A stretch of 64,000 nucleotides of DNA from Takakia lepidozioides. Taxonomy: Eukaryota > Plantae > Bryophyta. Location: the NCBI GenBank assembly GCA_030704615.1, contig CM060731.1, forward strand, positions 29,574,001 to 29,638,000. The letters are read 5' to 3'. The position numbers were made by a program, and so were the translations under genes. Under the pieces are notes generated by a model. That model saw only the letters and a program-made list of their open reading frames with translations, had not been told where the DNA came from and did not search any database. How positions within the stretch are numbered: position 1 is the first letter of the stretch; each line of letters begins with the position of its first letter. Shown piece after piece: positions 50,770 through 62,779 of this stretch.

Positions 50770-51939
50770 ACTGTTCTACGATGCGATATACACTACAACA
50801 AAAGAAATAAATAAATAAAGTAAGTGTTTACAGATCAATAGCTTACACTAATCTACTTTCAGCATAAAGAAATGCTATGAAGAACTAAGAGAAAGAAAGC
50901 AAACTACTTGCGTGTAGCCTCTCCACGTTGTCCCAGTCGCTTGACCATCTTCTTCTTTGTTTCTCTACGAAACAAAAAAAAATGCTCTTCACATATCCTC
51001 CTCAGACTCGAATCGTATAGGTCTTAAAGGTACCCTCAAAGATTCATGACTACCCGTGTAGTCCACTATCCTCGCTCTGATGTAAACAATGAGTTGATCA
51101 ACTAACAGGAACACCATGGGTGTGAATACATATACAACGTTTGTCACATGGATAAGGAGAGCAGGACCACATGGGCCTTATCGCTAACTGTAATGAAGCT
51201 ATAATTACTGATGCAAACGGTGGCCAGCTACTATCTTGATTTAAGGAGCGGTGCACAACAAAGGCCTGATCTAGCGGCACCACAACATGGGTGTGTTAAT
51301 TGCAACAGACTGCGTTTGGATGGCTAAACTGAGAGAGCGAGAGAGCTGAACTCAGTTTGCCGTCAATAACCTGTGTTTCCAAACTTTATTAAACTTCGCA
51401 AATACATATGGCAAAGGCATCCTTACTAGGCCTTTCGTATATCTTCACCACACATATATATTCCAAGGTCAACTGATCTACATTGAAAGAAACAAATGAA
51501 AGACCTTTTCTTCCGTGGGTGTCGGGAAGTCGATGGCTGGAGTTAACTTGAATCACTTACACTACAGTGTGACGAATGAGCCTACAGACCTTAGCTTTCA
51601 GACCTTAGCATTCAAAGTAGAGAAAACCTTCTCAAGTGCGAGGATTGCGCACCGAAGGGGAAACGGTAGAATTTGGAGCACAGACTGTGAAGGCGGTGGA
51701 CTCTTGCCAACCGCACTCTTGACACACATCGAGTATCATAGCTAACACCTATTCGTTGCTGTAGCCGCATCACATCATACACTGCTCGAAGCCCAATCGG
51801 ATCTATTCGTGGTGGCTTTGAGGCCGGCGATCGATACGGAAAGGACGATGCAATGTCCGCGGGAGAGATTTCCGAAATTTGTCCAACGGAAGAGTTGTAA
51901 GTAGTACGAATGTGCTCATGCTGTCATCGGGGAAGTATC

Positions 51940-52629
51940 TCAGGAGATCTGGATCTGGCGGGTCTCAGCCTTAGGTTTGTTAAGTTTGGGGACGGTAACA
52001 GTAAGCACGCCGTTCTCTACTTCTGCTGTCACTGCGTCCGCATTTGCGTTCTCTGGCAGGCGGAACCGGCGCAGAAAGCTACCCCGGGACCGCTCAACAC
52101 GGTGCCATTTGTCTCCCTTCTGCACCTCCTCCTCCTTCCTCTCTCCACTGATTTCCAGTGTACGTCCGTCCACCATTTGCACTTTGATCTCCTCCCTCTT
52201 CAGACCTGATCCATCACAATGTGCACAACCTTTAAGAAACTTCAATGACTTCCTCTCTTTCAGAATTCGAGAATAATTTTAGTTCACTTCGACGGAACAA
52301 GCAGTTGAATTGGATATACCGACTGTACTCCTCCATTCACCCCAGTGATGACCAACATTTGCCAAATTCTGGAGACATTCTTTACTTTCATCTGAAGCAA
52401 AGGACAGGAAGAGAGCATCTGAACAAAAATTAGTCAAGTTACCGGGAAGATCAGCTTTGAAGATTTGTGCCTCGGGAGTCTCACGCCAATCGATCTGCGC
52501 ACTCGCCACAGCCTTTGCATTCCGAGCCATCTCACGGGATGGCTCACTCTCGAAGACATCCCAGACGGTAGGAATGAGGACGGGATCATAAACACTGTTG
52601 TCGTTCCCAAAGAACAATGAAAGAGCCAT
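51940..52629 (-). CDS. HSP17: Cytosolic class I small heat shock protein (~17 kDa, 150 aa); exons 52629-52443 and 52205-51940
   Basis: [18 protein letters not shown]|[55 protein letters not shown] phase-1 intron; spliced CDS is 453 nt and open. Confidence 0.95.
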
Positions 52630-53349
52630 CGATGCTGTCCGAGGTCTTCTTCAGTAAGACTCTGACACTCAGAATGCGGGGACAGAAGACGATCAGTCCA
52701 CAGCTACTGCACGATCACAGGTGAAGAAGTAGGCAAAGTCCGCCGAGAAATTCTCACAAAGATTTCTAGAGAAGATGGAATGAACTGAACACGGGATAGA
52801 GCAATTGTGAAATGAGGGTCACAGGGTCTTCTTGTTTTATAGAGACGTCAAAATGCTGTCGCGTACGTCGGTCGGAGAACGAGAAGCTTCCGGAAAGCAC
52901 CCGACGAGACGACCCCTTCGTTGAGGGCCCCTCCCGTAGTGTTCGTCCGTCTGGCATTGCCTCATCCATATTGGAGTTATCATCCAAGATCTTCGAGGCC
53001 TCGTGATCTTTCTGGTGGATGAACGTTCTGTTATGTTCCAGAAGAGTCGGGAGCGCAGAGTTGCAGAGTGTGCTTCGTGCTGGTCGTGTGGCGATAGCGA
53101 CGGCAGAGGTCTGGAGAGATCTAGAGGAAACTCGAGGTTGAGAGAGAGGTCAGGAAGGAGCAGGAAACCGACACAAAAGTAGTCTATATAAGAGGCATTC
53201 TACGTTGCGTTTACAATCTGCACTCCCAGGAATTCATCATCGTGCTGCTGCACGCATCGAGCTCAGAGTTCTCTCGCTAACTGATTTCAAGTGATTCTGC
53301 TTTGACCTCTCTACAAACTAGCCCTGAACTATGCACCAACCGCAGTCAA
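52630..53349. promoter_or_regulatory. Bidirectional heat-shock promoter
   Basis: Perfect three-unit HSE AGAAGCTTCCGGAAA (52882-52896); more nGAAnnTTCn at ~52746 and ~53021; TATA boxes at 52835-52842 (-) and 53185-53191 (+). Confidence 0.8.
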
Positions 53350-53481
53350 ATGGCCCTGGCATCCTTCTTCGGAAATCGCTTCGGCAGTGTGCGGGATCCA
53401 TTGTCGTGGCCGGACTACGGTGCGCTGTGGGACCAGGAACCAGCTCGCTCGTTTGTGGAGGATGCGCGCGCTATCGCGCCC
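53350..53481 (+). pseudogene. 5' fragment of a second class I sHSP, truncated before the alpha-crystallin domain
   Basis: MALASFFGNRFGSVRDP..WDQEPARSFVEDARAIA parallels [28 protein letters not shown]. Confidence 0.8.
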
Positions 53482-54931
53482 AATACGAGTACTTAAGCCC
53501 GTATTGAAAACTCATGACACAGTCATACTTTTGGTGTTGAACATCTTCCTACGATCATTTTGTGACACATACTTCAACAAAATCTGTGCACCTATAATAC
53601 CATCAACTTCCGTCTTAATTGTTGCGATGTTTCACGATCAGTAGTGATCGTGACCCTACTGGTCATTACACTTAGCCTACACTCACGACCTATCAATCCT
53701 TGCTTTCCTTATGAACATTTTGTCACTGCCACTACTCCAGTGACCGCCTTTCACTCCACTTCTGGTCATCTTTCGGTACATATACACTCATTGTGCTCCT
53801 GCCTTTCACTGAACAGGAACATTCTCCACTTGACTAACATTTCATAGAGACTTGATAGAAAGATCACCTTCGAGGCCCGAGAATCCTGCCAAAAACCCCC
53901 CAAAGAACTCTCCTTCCCTTTGGAACTTAAGGACGACCTGAATAATAAACAAATGCCACCACCTAGTTTCTGAGTGGACCTAAATACAAGCCTTGAACTA
54001 TCTCGAAAGCTATTTTGGATGCGCTAAGTGGCGCTTCCATTTTTACGATCCGTGATTTCATCCTTCATTCTCAACGGCAGTGATTCAATTCGTTCCAACG
54101 CCTCAGATTTCCCCATATCATGTTTGGTGAGGGAATTGCTGACATGCCTGATGTGAGGTTGGCCAACTGTTGCTGTCGTCTCCTACATTCTTCAGCAGTG
54201 TAAATTTCTGAGTCGTTCTGTCAACCCTGTCGACTTGTATGTGCAGTTGCAACCGGGTGCCAATCTCTTCCTCCCTCACACCGACTATTTTCGCTGGATC
54301 GATCTTCAGACGCCAACGCTGATCTGCAGTCGAGCTAAATAATGCAGCAGATGGCGCCAAAAGCGATCCCAGCCTCCTCTCAATGATTCCTCGGAAATGT
54401 GTCTCTCTCATCACCACTCTTCCATCTATGAAAGTTCGTAGTTCGACCCCTCATGCACCTTTGGAAGGCTGAATTCGTGAGTCAAACAAACCCTGCTGCC
54501 CTGCAGTTGAGTCTTAGCAGAACCGATTCAAATTACTACTATAAACATATAACTGCCTCATAAATGCAGCTACAGTCGAGTAATGAAAAACAATTGTGAA
54601 GTAGTCAGAAAATGTCGGATTGGTCTGTGAGAACCACCACGGTGCAGCTGAGAAGCCAACGATCGAAACACGACCTCCTAAGAGCTTGCGGCACATACTG
54701 TACAGAGTCTACCAAAAAAGGAGATTGCGAAGATCATCCTTGAAGGTCGCGAGGTGCGAGTTGCTCCATCCTATGCGCATTGCCAAGGGTGATGCTCCAA
54801 CTCAAGCTGCACAGGCTCCGCCCTCCTCCTGTTCCAGTTCGATGTTAAGAAACAGATGGTGGCGCGGGAGCCCTTGTGGCGAAGAGACACCCTAATTTAC
54901 GCTTCCTTCGGGAGGCGGAGGCGTCTATATA

Positions 54932-56307
54932 CCGTAGCCTCTTATACGGTTGGGCAGAAAATAATTATTTTAAGCATTTGTCCAAAAAAATATAAAGTAG
55001 TTCCACCATTTCTCGTACCAGTTCTGGTCTGTCTTAGAGAGGACTTCGTTTTGTCAATGCTCCAGTTCAATGAGCAAGCCCTCTTTCTACTGCAACCTTA
55101 TATTTAGATTTAAGCTCACCACTCGAAGTAAACCAATGATAGAGAGTACCTCTACTCAATTTATCAAAGGGACTTCCAACGACTCCGGGTTTTTTGTGAG
55201 CTGTTCGCAAATACTGCAAAGCATCAGCCAACGTGTGGTTTCTTTTCACTGCAGCAGATATCAATGACCAAAGTTATGGTGTAAACCAATTCATGTATGT
55301 CCCCCTTGATTTGACCTGTGTACATAGAAGTACCTTTAAAATCAATACCAAGTTCAAGATGATGCACAAAATGATATTATAATATATATGGATAAATATA
55401 AAGAGAATATAACTGACCTTCTTCCGTGTAGATGAAGATACATCGTTGATTCACAACAACCAATGTCTATTCTGTCATTCTGCTCGATCAATGAAACAGT
55501 ACATACGTTTTGCTTACGAGGTCTCTCCACTGGCCGCAGTCTGCTTGATTTAGGCACATCGGTTTTGCTCGCAAGATCTTGGATAAATCTTTCTTTGTCT
55601 TTGGTAACCTGACATCTATGCCCTAGAGTTAGTTTAAAATTGAGACGATAAAATGATTGTAATGTAATAGAGCTTAGAATATGTGGCAGGATTGCTTCCT
55701 GTGCTGGAAGTTCATCTATTTCTAGATAAGGTTCTACAAACCTCGTATCAAAATCCCTTGCAAGCTTTTCCAAAGTCAACACCACAATACTTTCTAGAGT
55801 GGAAAAATCACTTAGTTTTGCCATCAAACTTCCATGTATACATTGTGGTCTCTGCTTGCAGCCTTGCAATGTTGTCTGCCTTTTCAATGCTAAAGCTGCT
55901 CTACTCAGTTCTCCTCTATCTCAAAGTAACTTGTTTGCCTTTCAATCTACCCCCAGTAAACAAGTGGATCGATGTTGTCAGCTTCATTGACGGCTTGATC
56001 CACGTAGCGCCTTGTGTCAAATAATGTAACGGTACCCATTATCACCTCAGAATAGCTAGCTCAGTGCTGCCTAATTTATTTCAAATCAGATAAATTATTT
56101 AAGACTAGTTGGTAGGTTTAATTCATTAATTACTCACTGACTCTTTGCCCAATCAATACATATTTGGCTCATGACCTGTCTAAATTATTATAAACTTCAT
56201 AACTGAATTGCCCAAATAAGATATATTAATGTGATATTGCCCAACCGTTCAAAGAAAAAGAAAAAATTATTGGGCAAATTTTTGCCCAACCGTATAAGAG
56301 GCTACGG
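54932..56307. mobile_element. Non-autonomous TIR element with TA target duplication (Tc1/mariner-pogo type)
   Basis: Perfect 25-bp TIR CCGTAGCCTCTTATACGGTTGGGCA (54932-54956 and 56283-56307) flanked by TA; internal GCCCAA repeats; unidentified minus-strand ORF pieces. Confidence 0.85.
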
Positions 56308-56332
56308 TATATATATATATATATATATATAT
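56308..56332. repeat. (TA)n microsatellite at the TIR junction
   Basis: About 12 TA units. Confidence 0.95.
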
Positions 56333-56499
56333 TGGCGCAGGAGACAAAGAGGACCAAAAAGAAGGCTAAGTCCATAGGGAAGATTTCTGTTCATCCAACT
56401 CTTGTGGACATTGGGTTTCGTAAGAAAAATGATGATATTCATCCGAGGTGGCCTCGTGAAGCGGGTTTTGCTTCGAAGCTTGGAAACTTCCGATTGGGG

Positions 56500-57290
56500 C
56501 TTGCTGTCTTTGGCTTGTAATCACAGATCCAAAGGGAATGTCGGTGCCGACATTCACTTCTATGTCTGTGTCCTTCCAAAGCTAGAGATTGCATTCACCT
56601 GGATTAGGAACTTAGGGTGTGTTTGCAGTGTCCTTGAATGATATTTTGTGAATGGCGTTGACCACATTCACATCCAGAGCTGTTGTGAGCTCCCGAGATT
56701 TATTGTACGTTTTGTATATTGAATGTCCTACTAGAAACTGTGTTGCCTCTGGTGAGAAATCGTTAGGCTTTGTAAGCAGTGTAATCATAGATCCAAAGTG
56801 AATGTCGGTGCCGACATTCACTTCTATATCTGTGTCCTTCCAAAGCTAGAGATTGCATTCACCTGGATTAGGAACTTAGGGTGTGTTTGCAGTGTCCTTG
56901 AATGGAATTTTGTGAATGTCGTTGACGACATTCACATCCAGAGCTGTTGTGAGGTCCTGAGATTTAATGTACGTTTTGTATGTTCCATTGATTTTTTAGT
57001 GAGCGTTCCTCACTCTAGTTTTCTGAATGTCGTTGCCGACATTCACTTTCCTTGCAATGTTGTTGCCTCTTGTGAGAAATTGTTAGGCTCTGTTAGCAGT
57101 GTAATCACAGATCCAACGTGAATGTCGTTGCCGACATTCACTTCTATGTCTGTGTCCTTCCAAAGCTAGAGATTGCATTCACCTGGATTAGGAACTTAGG
57201 GTGTGTTTGCACTGTCCTTGAATGGAATTTTGTGAATGTCGTTGACGACATTCACATCCAGAGCTGTTGTGAGCTCCTGAGAGCTCCTTA
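56500..57290. repeat. Tandem repeats carrying palindrome family 3, GTGAATGTCG[GT]-TG-[CA]CGACATTCAC, upstream (intron) of MTase copy C
   Basis: Seven palindromes at ~56536, 56648, 56798, 56911, 57024, 57118 and 57231, within ~260-320 bp higher-order duplications. Confidence 0.9.
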
Positions 57291-57396
57291 GAGCTGTTCT
57301 GAGCTCCATTTCCTTCCTCGTTTTTTTCATTCTATGCTACTGGCATCTTACTCACTTCGCGCTTTGGTGGGTTGGGTTTTGTCTCTTGTTTCACAG

Positions 57397-59636
57397 GTAC
57401 ACGAAATATGTGCTTATGGATGGAAATCACATCAGCGGTATTCCAGACTATCTTGACATGTGGTCGGACCCTGCAAACGATCCAACCATGTGCACTGCAG
57501 GGATATTGAAGGACTGGAGTCCTTCTCACTTCAGAGACTGTGGTTGGTACCTAGACTGCCCACCTGAGCACACGACCTTTCAAGAGCAGCACATGAAATA
57601 TTTGAACAATAATGCTGAGATGCTGGCTCCTCTGGACGACGAGGAGTACCAAAGAAACATAACAACATTGGCTGCCAAGGACCCTGATGCTCAGGAAACG
57701 ACGCAGAGGGGCAAGAAGGCGGGGCGCAAACCAAAAGACAAGGCTCCTGATGTCATAGCCATGTCACCAGCAAAGCCAAAGGACAAAGATAAGTCCAAGG
57801 ACAAGGAGAAGGAAAAGGACAAGGGGAAGGAGAAAGAAAAAGAGAGGGAGAGGAAAATGAGAGTGAGAAGGACTTCACTGCTGGAAGGTATACCCGCACA
57901 ATTCAGTGCGTGTTCGATGCCAGGCCACACCCTTCCCGTGCTGATTCGGCAAGAGAGATTAAGATTGTCAATGAGGGTTGGCTGGCGATGATGTAGAGTC
58001 AAAAGAGATGATACACTGGGGTGCCTTCGCCTACCTGGGACAACATGATCTCATTCCTTAATTTGGTGAGAATTTGATTTTCTTTCCTTTGCATCTGTAA
58101 GTGTCATTTGCAGTATTAAAGTTTGGTTCTTTGAAAACATTCTTGTCTTCGTTCTAAAATTGAACATGTCTATTGCAGGTGAGCACTGGTCCCACCTCCG
58201 TGTGCGCTGTGCAGAAAACATTTGCGGCTGACATGGTCATTTCTCGACATCCCGGACGGCCAGGCTGTGCCAGAAGTTCTTCCGAAGGGCAAGACGCCAA
58301 GCTGGAACAAATTCGATGACAACCATTGGAGTTGGGTGTTCAGGTTCTGCAATAATTTCCTCTCTGATGCAGGGACACTTCTGCTTTTTCAGTCATGTGA
58401 CAAAGATAGTCGTCGGGCATTGGCATCATACCTGAAGTCCTCTGGGTTTGAAGTTTTGCGCACATGGAATTGTGTGAACATCCTCTACCTTGTGAAAGGG
58501 GGTTGTCCTGGTCAGCTGGTATGCCATCTCCCTTCTGCATGTGCTTTCATGCTGCGTTTCAATGTTCTCTGTAGCTCCACTATAGAAGAATCTGTAATGA
58601 TAGACACCGATCAGCACAAATTCGTGACAAAACAGATTGTTGTATGCCAGTTTTTTGAATAGCCAATGTACAAACTTCCACTATAGTTTGTGTTTACCAC
58701 CCTAACCTGCAGTCTTTGGCAGACGAGGATGTTCGAGGCGATCTGCCTGCGGAGGATTTGCACCTCAAATACATCATCCTCCGTCCGCAGCTTTGAGATT
58801 TCTGACTAGGGTTGTTTTGTCAACCCCCCGTATGAGCCGCATGTCGATGACATTTGTACAACTTCATGCAGTCCAGTCAGACTCTCAAGAGACCAGATGG
58901 CACTCTCTGGAGAGGTGCAAAGGAAAAAACCCCAGCGTTCATGCAGATACTGCTGGAGTCATGCAGCCACTATTTTGCACGGGTGGTCGATCTTTCTGTG
59001 TCCACAGGTTCGTTCTCTCCCTTTCGAATTGATTTTCTTTCACCAGTTTCATCTTCTTAAATTCCCCCCCCCCCCCCCAACAACCTGTTCATGCCCTCCT
59101 GTCTGGTGCAGGAGCAACTTACCATGCATGCAAGGCAGGCGGAAGAAGCCTTTTTGGCATGGAGGGTGATTCTGACCTTTACAAGACAGTGGTCATCCCC
59201 CTTTTGTCTCGCTCCACTTCAGGCACACTGACTGAGAGGATTCAAATCCGAAATGATGACGATCCCAAAGACAAGCAGGTCTAGAACGACTTTTCATGTG
59301 AGTAAGTCCTAAACCCACTTTGGGAGCCATACTCAATTTCTCGGACATCAAATTTACAGTAATAACTTTTTTCGGGCTGTGACTTGCAGGAAAGGCAACG
59401 ATTGATCTTCAGGAGATACCCCCATTTGTGGCGGGTCTGTTTTTGACAGCCTCCTTTCCAGTTTTCTGCTTTCTGTGTATGCCGAAGCAATGGCACTTCA
59501 TGCGGCTGAGTCTCTATCCCCTGACTTTTTATTGCCTGGACGCAGGTGTAGCCAGCGTAGATCCGGAGTTCTTAAATACTTAGACTTAGATGCAGAGGAC
59601 GCGGGGATACATTGTACTGACTCTGAGTCAGACTGA
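57397..59636 (+). pseudogene. Copy C: 3' half of the ParB-MTase gene
   Basis: YTKYVLM..GWYLDCP; FLDIPDG..WVFRFCNNFLSDAG; WRGAKEKTPAFMQILLESCS..RVVDLSVST|GATYHACKAG..FGMEGD. Confidence 0.82.
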
Positions 59637-60057
59637 ACTTTGTTCTTTTAATGTTCTGTTTCATCCTCTTCGGAAAACATTGAATCCCCTTACTCCACTG
59701 TAGTTCTTCTGGCAGAAAATAAAAAATAAAAAATCAAAGAATCCACTTTCATTAAAATGGCAATATGTATGAATCCATCCCACAAACCCCACTCACTCTT
59801 GTCATATCCATTGTGCATTCATCTACTGTGTATTCATGCGTGCTCCATTCATGAATGTTTTCCTTTATTCAACATCCATTGTACATTCATCCACTGTACT
59901 CTGTAATCCACCCCACAAACCTACCACACTCATGTCATATACATTGTGCATTCATCTCATCCCACATTCATCCATCTACTTTCATTTTTCACACTCATCC
60001 ATCTGTTTATCATCCACTCTACATTCATCCATCCTTCATTCATCTGTTGCTTTCAGG

Positions 60058-60270
60058 TGGGAATGACCACGTCCTTTTATTATGTCGTCCAGCTTGTTTC
60101 CGCGGAGGGTGATCTTCCGTGGGAATACACTCCACTTCTTCCTTGGCGTGTGGTGACACGACCTTCAAGCGCGATGACGTGGAGTGAGCCCCGTGATGTG
60201 GCGTTGGCCGAAGGTGACGTGGCGTGAGCGCAGTTGCACTCACGCGACCAGGCTCACGCCGAGGCATCCC
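60058..60270. mobile_element. Terminus of MULE copy C
   Basis: Same cassette, ending CCAGGCTCACGCCGAGGCATCCC, downstream of the MTase stop. Confidence 0.65.
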
Positions 60271-62145
60271 TGCACATCTGTGAATGACTCCAGTGGCATC
60301 AGCCCTATCTTCTGGATATGGAATAGTGTGTGGCAGAGATTGGTCGTCACATGGGAGGTTTCATTGGACCTGGAAAAACCTTCGACTCATAAGATGATTT
60401 CAAATTGTGGAAACACAGACCGGAACGGGAACAATGTTGGTAACTTACTTGTTTATGTCGTGCATGGCTGTCAAGAGCTGCGTGACACGTCCTTTGTGGT
60501 CGAGTACCATGGAAACCACGCTCCAGTGCCATTCGATCTCGTCCGAATGCAAGCTTGAAATGTAATCCATCCAGGCAAGCAGTCTATGGTTCCCATCCCA
60601 GACAAAAAACATTTTTTCCATAAACGCTTTTGTGGAGGCCTTTTTGGACAACTTGAACTCGAACTCCCTGTTTACATCCTGCCAACATGCATCCCAACTT
60701 TGCTCTATGTCCTCTGTTACAAGACACTCCTCTCCTTTCGTGTTCACAGTGGATACATAGAACACTGCAGATCCCTTGACATAGCCGTGAACAAAACCGT
60801 TCTTCAACTTCGTGATGTCGTTCCTCAATGCGGGTCGAACCGCGGGCATGGAGATCATCCTGCATAGTGGGATAACCAGGTTTCCGCCGGGAACCTCCAT
60901 CGACAGAATCACCTTCAAGGAGTTCACTTTCTGCCCACCCATAACCTCCTCGGCCTTGTTTTCATAGTGTCCCTCAAATGACTCTTCCTCACCATCACCT
61001 TCTGCCACTGCCGCATCTCCCCCCACGGATTTCCTTTTTCTTTTCCTCTACAGAGAATGAATATCCCTGTGAGTGACAGATTGAGCTCCCATGGATCAAC
61101 CTTGCGTTGACGCAAAGTTGATTGATGGGGTGTAGCTTAGTCTGAAATGCATACCGGAACAGTCCATTGAACCCACTAAATGCTTTGCGTGGACGCAAGG
61201 TTCTTTTGGGGGCTTCAAATAATCAACTTTCCCTACCTTGCGGTTCATGGCACGAGACTTCGGATGCTGGGAGTGAACAAAAGAGGCATCAAAATCAGCC
61301 TCGCGTCAACGCAAGGTTGATTCGAGTGCTGCATCTGCTTCGTTTCACCTTCATAAACATATACTTTGGAGGTCGACATCAACCTTGCATTGACGCAAGG
61401 TTGATGTCGAGCTCTCAGATTGGTGTTCAACAAACAAAAAAACCAAATGGAAAAGGAGATTGCAACCTATGGTTTCTTCTTGGCACTTGATGATGCATCG
61501 GGAGCATTCATATTTTCCATGGCTGCCAAGCGGATACGGGAGGAACAAAAAAGTGGATTGGCAGCAGGGAGTCGCCGCACCGAATGTTGATGGAGGTCAA
61601 CATCAAGCTTGCGTTGACGCAAGGTTGATGTTGACCTCTCTGTTTAGCATGGAACAGACAAAAAAAAGAAAGGGAAATAGAGGGTTGATAGCCACCTCCG
61701 GTTTCTTCTTTACACTTGATGATGCTCATGAGGCATTCAACTTTTCCATGAGGTCTGGAGGCAGCATGCTTCCAAGGAGGTCCCGGTGGTGCGAAACAGC
61801 GGCAAACGACAGCGTTTCCGCGTCCATCTCTCCTCCCTGCTCTCCCAAGACCTGGTTCTCTACTCGCAGCGCTTCCTCCCGAGCCCAGCTGACTTCCTCG
61901 TCCTCCCCCCCTTCTATTGGAGGTTGCTCTTTGGTCGCCTCCGGGATCACTTCAAGACCTTCCTCTCCAAACTGTGGTTGCAGAATCGGGTTTTGCCCTT
62001 CGTCCTCATCTCCGACGGAGGTTTCTTCTCCCATTCTAAGTTCCCGTCTCGCCTTCCTCATCCTCTCCTTAGCGCGTGCCCTTTGCTTGTTTGATGTGAA
62101 ATAAAGTGTTCTTCGACGCTTTCTTCTCCCTCGGGATGGGGTCAC
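60271..62145 (-). pseudogene. 5' exons of a ParB-MTase gene (basic/acidic leader and ParB exon), interrupted by copy C
   Basis: ORF 61726-62145 and ORF 60445-61026 with FVWDGNHRLLAW; the next exon is cut at 60271. Confidence 0.8.
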
Positions 62146-62779
62146 CGTCTCTGCAGAATCCAGGGTTGCAAGGAGAATAAGAAGAAGAAGGAAAAAAGGG
62201 GGCTACGGGAGGTTCACCGCAAGGCCTTCCGCGCCAAGATGATCGCTCGGAATGACCTGTGCGCCACATGCTCATTCCACATGCATGGTGAACACGTGTC
62301 CATCTAACCGTTATGAATATCTTCGGAAATCATTTGTTTCTCATCCACCGAAATTCGTTCGGGTCCACCTCTCATTCGAAAAAGTTCATTATTGGGTAAT
62401 AGCTTTTGGGATGTTTCAGAGGAATGTGCAGTATGTACAGTTGTACAACGGTGCAGGTGCCGTTAACATTGAATGGAAATGGGCACCTCATCTGGACTCT
62501 CTGACATGACAGCCAAATGGCGGCTCTATCAGTCAATCTTGCGGAATTCGTTGTCCAATGCACTGGTGGGGCACCTGTGAAAAAACAGTTGGATTCTTTA
62601 ATTAGGGCTGACATTATCCACTCCGCATTTGGGCACTCTGTGACCATCCACTTGGTTCGCATGGGGACACATTTCTTTGATGTGCCGAACCGTGTTAGGA
62701 GACCTGCATGCGGGAGCGACATTTGCAATTCTGTGTAACGACGTCTTCTATACAACCAAAAAACTCCGCTCTAGTACAA

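Noticed and set aside
51074-51081. Copia tRNA-Met PBS remnant GCTCTGAT
   Set aside because: Only 8 nt match and no adjacent LTR; plausible but unsupported.
56500-57290. Regularly spaced palindromes resembling a CRISPR array (also 44.3-44.9 and 48.2-48.6 kb)
   Set aside because: Spacers are long (70-200 bp) and at 56.5-57.3 kb are copies of each other; no cas genes; intronic eukaryotic context.
57417-57432. MDGNH in copy C as a second ParB motif
   Set aside because: The homologous position in copy B reads MAENF; coincidental.
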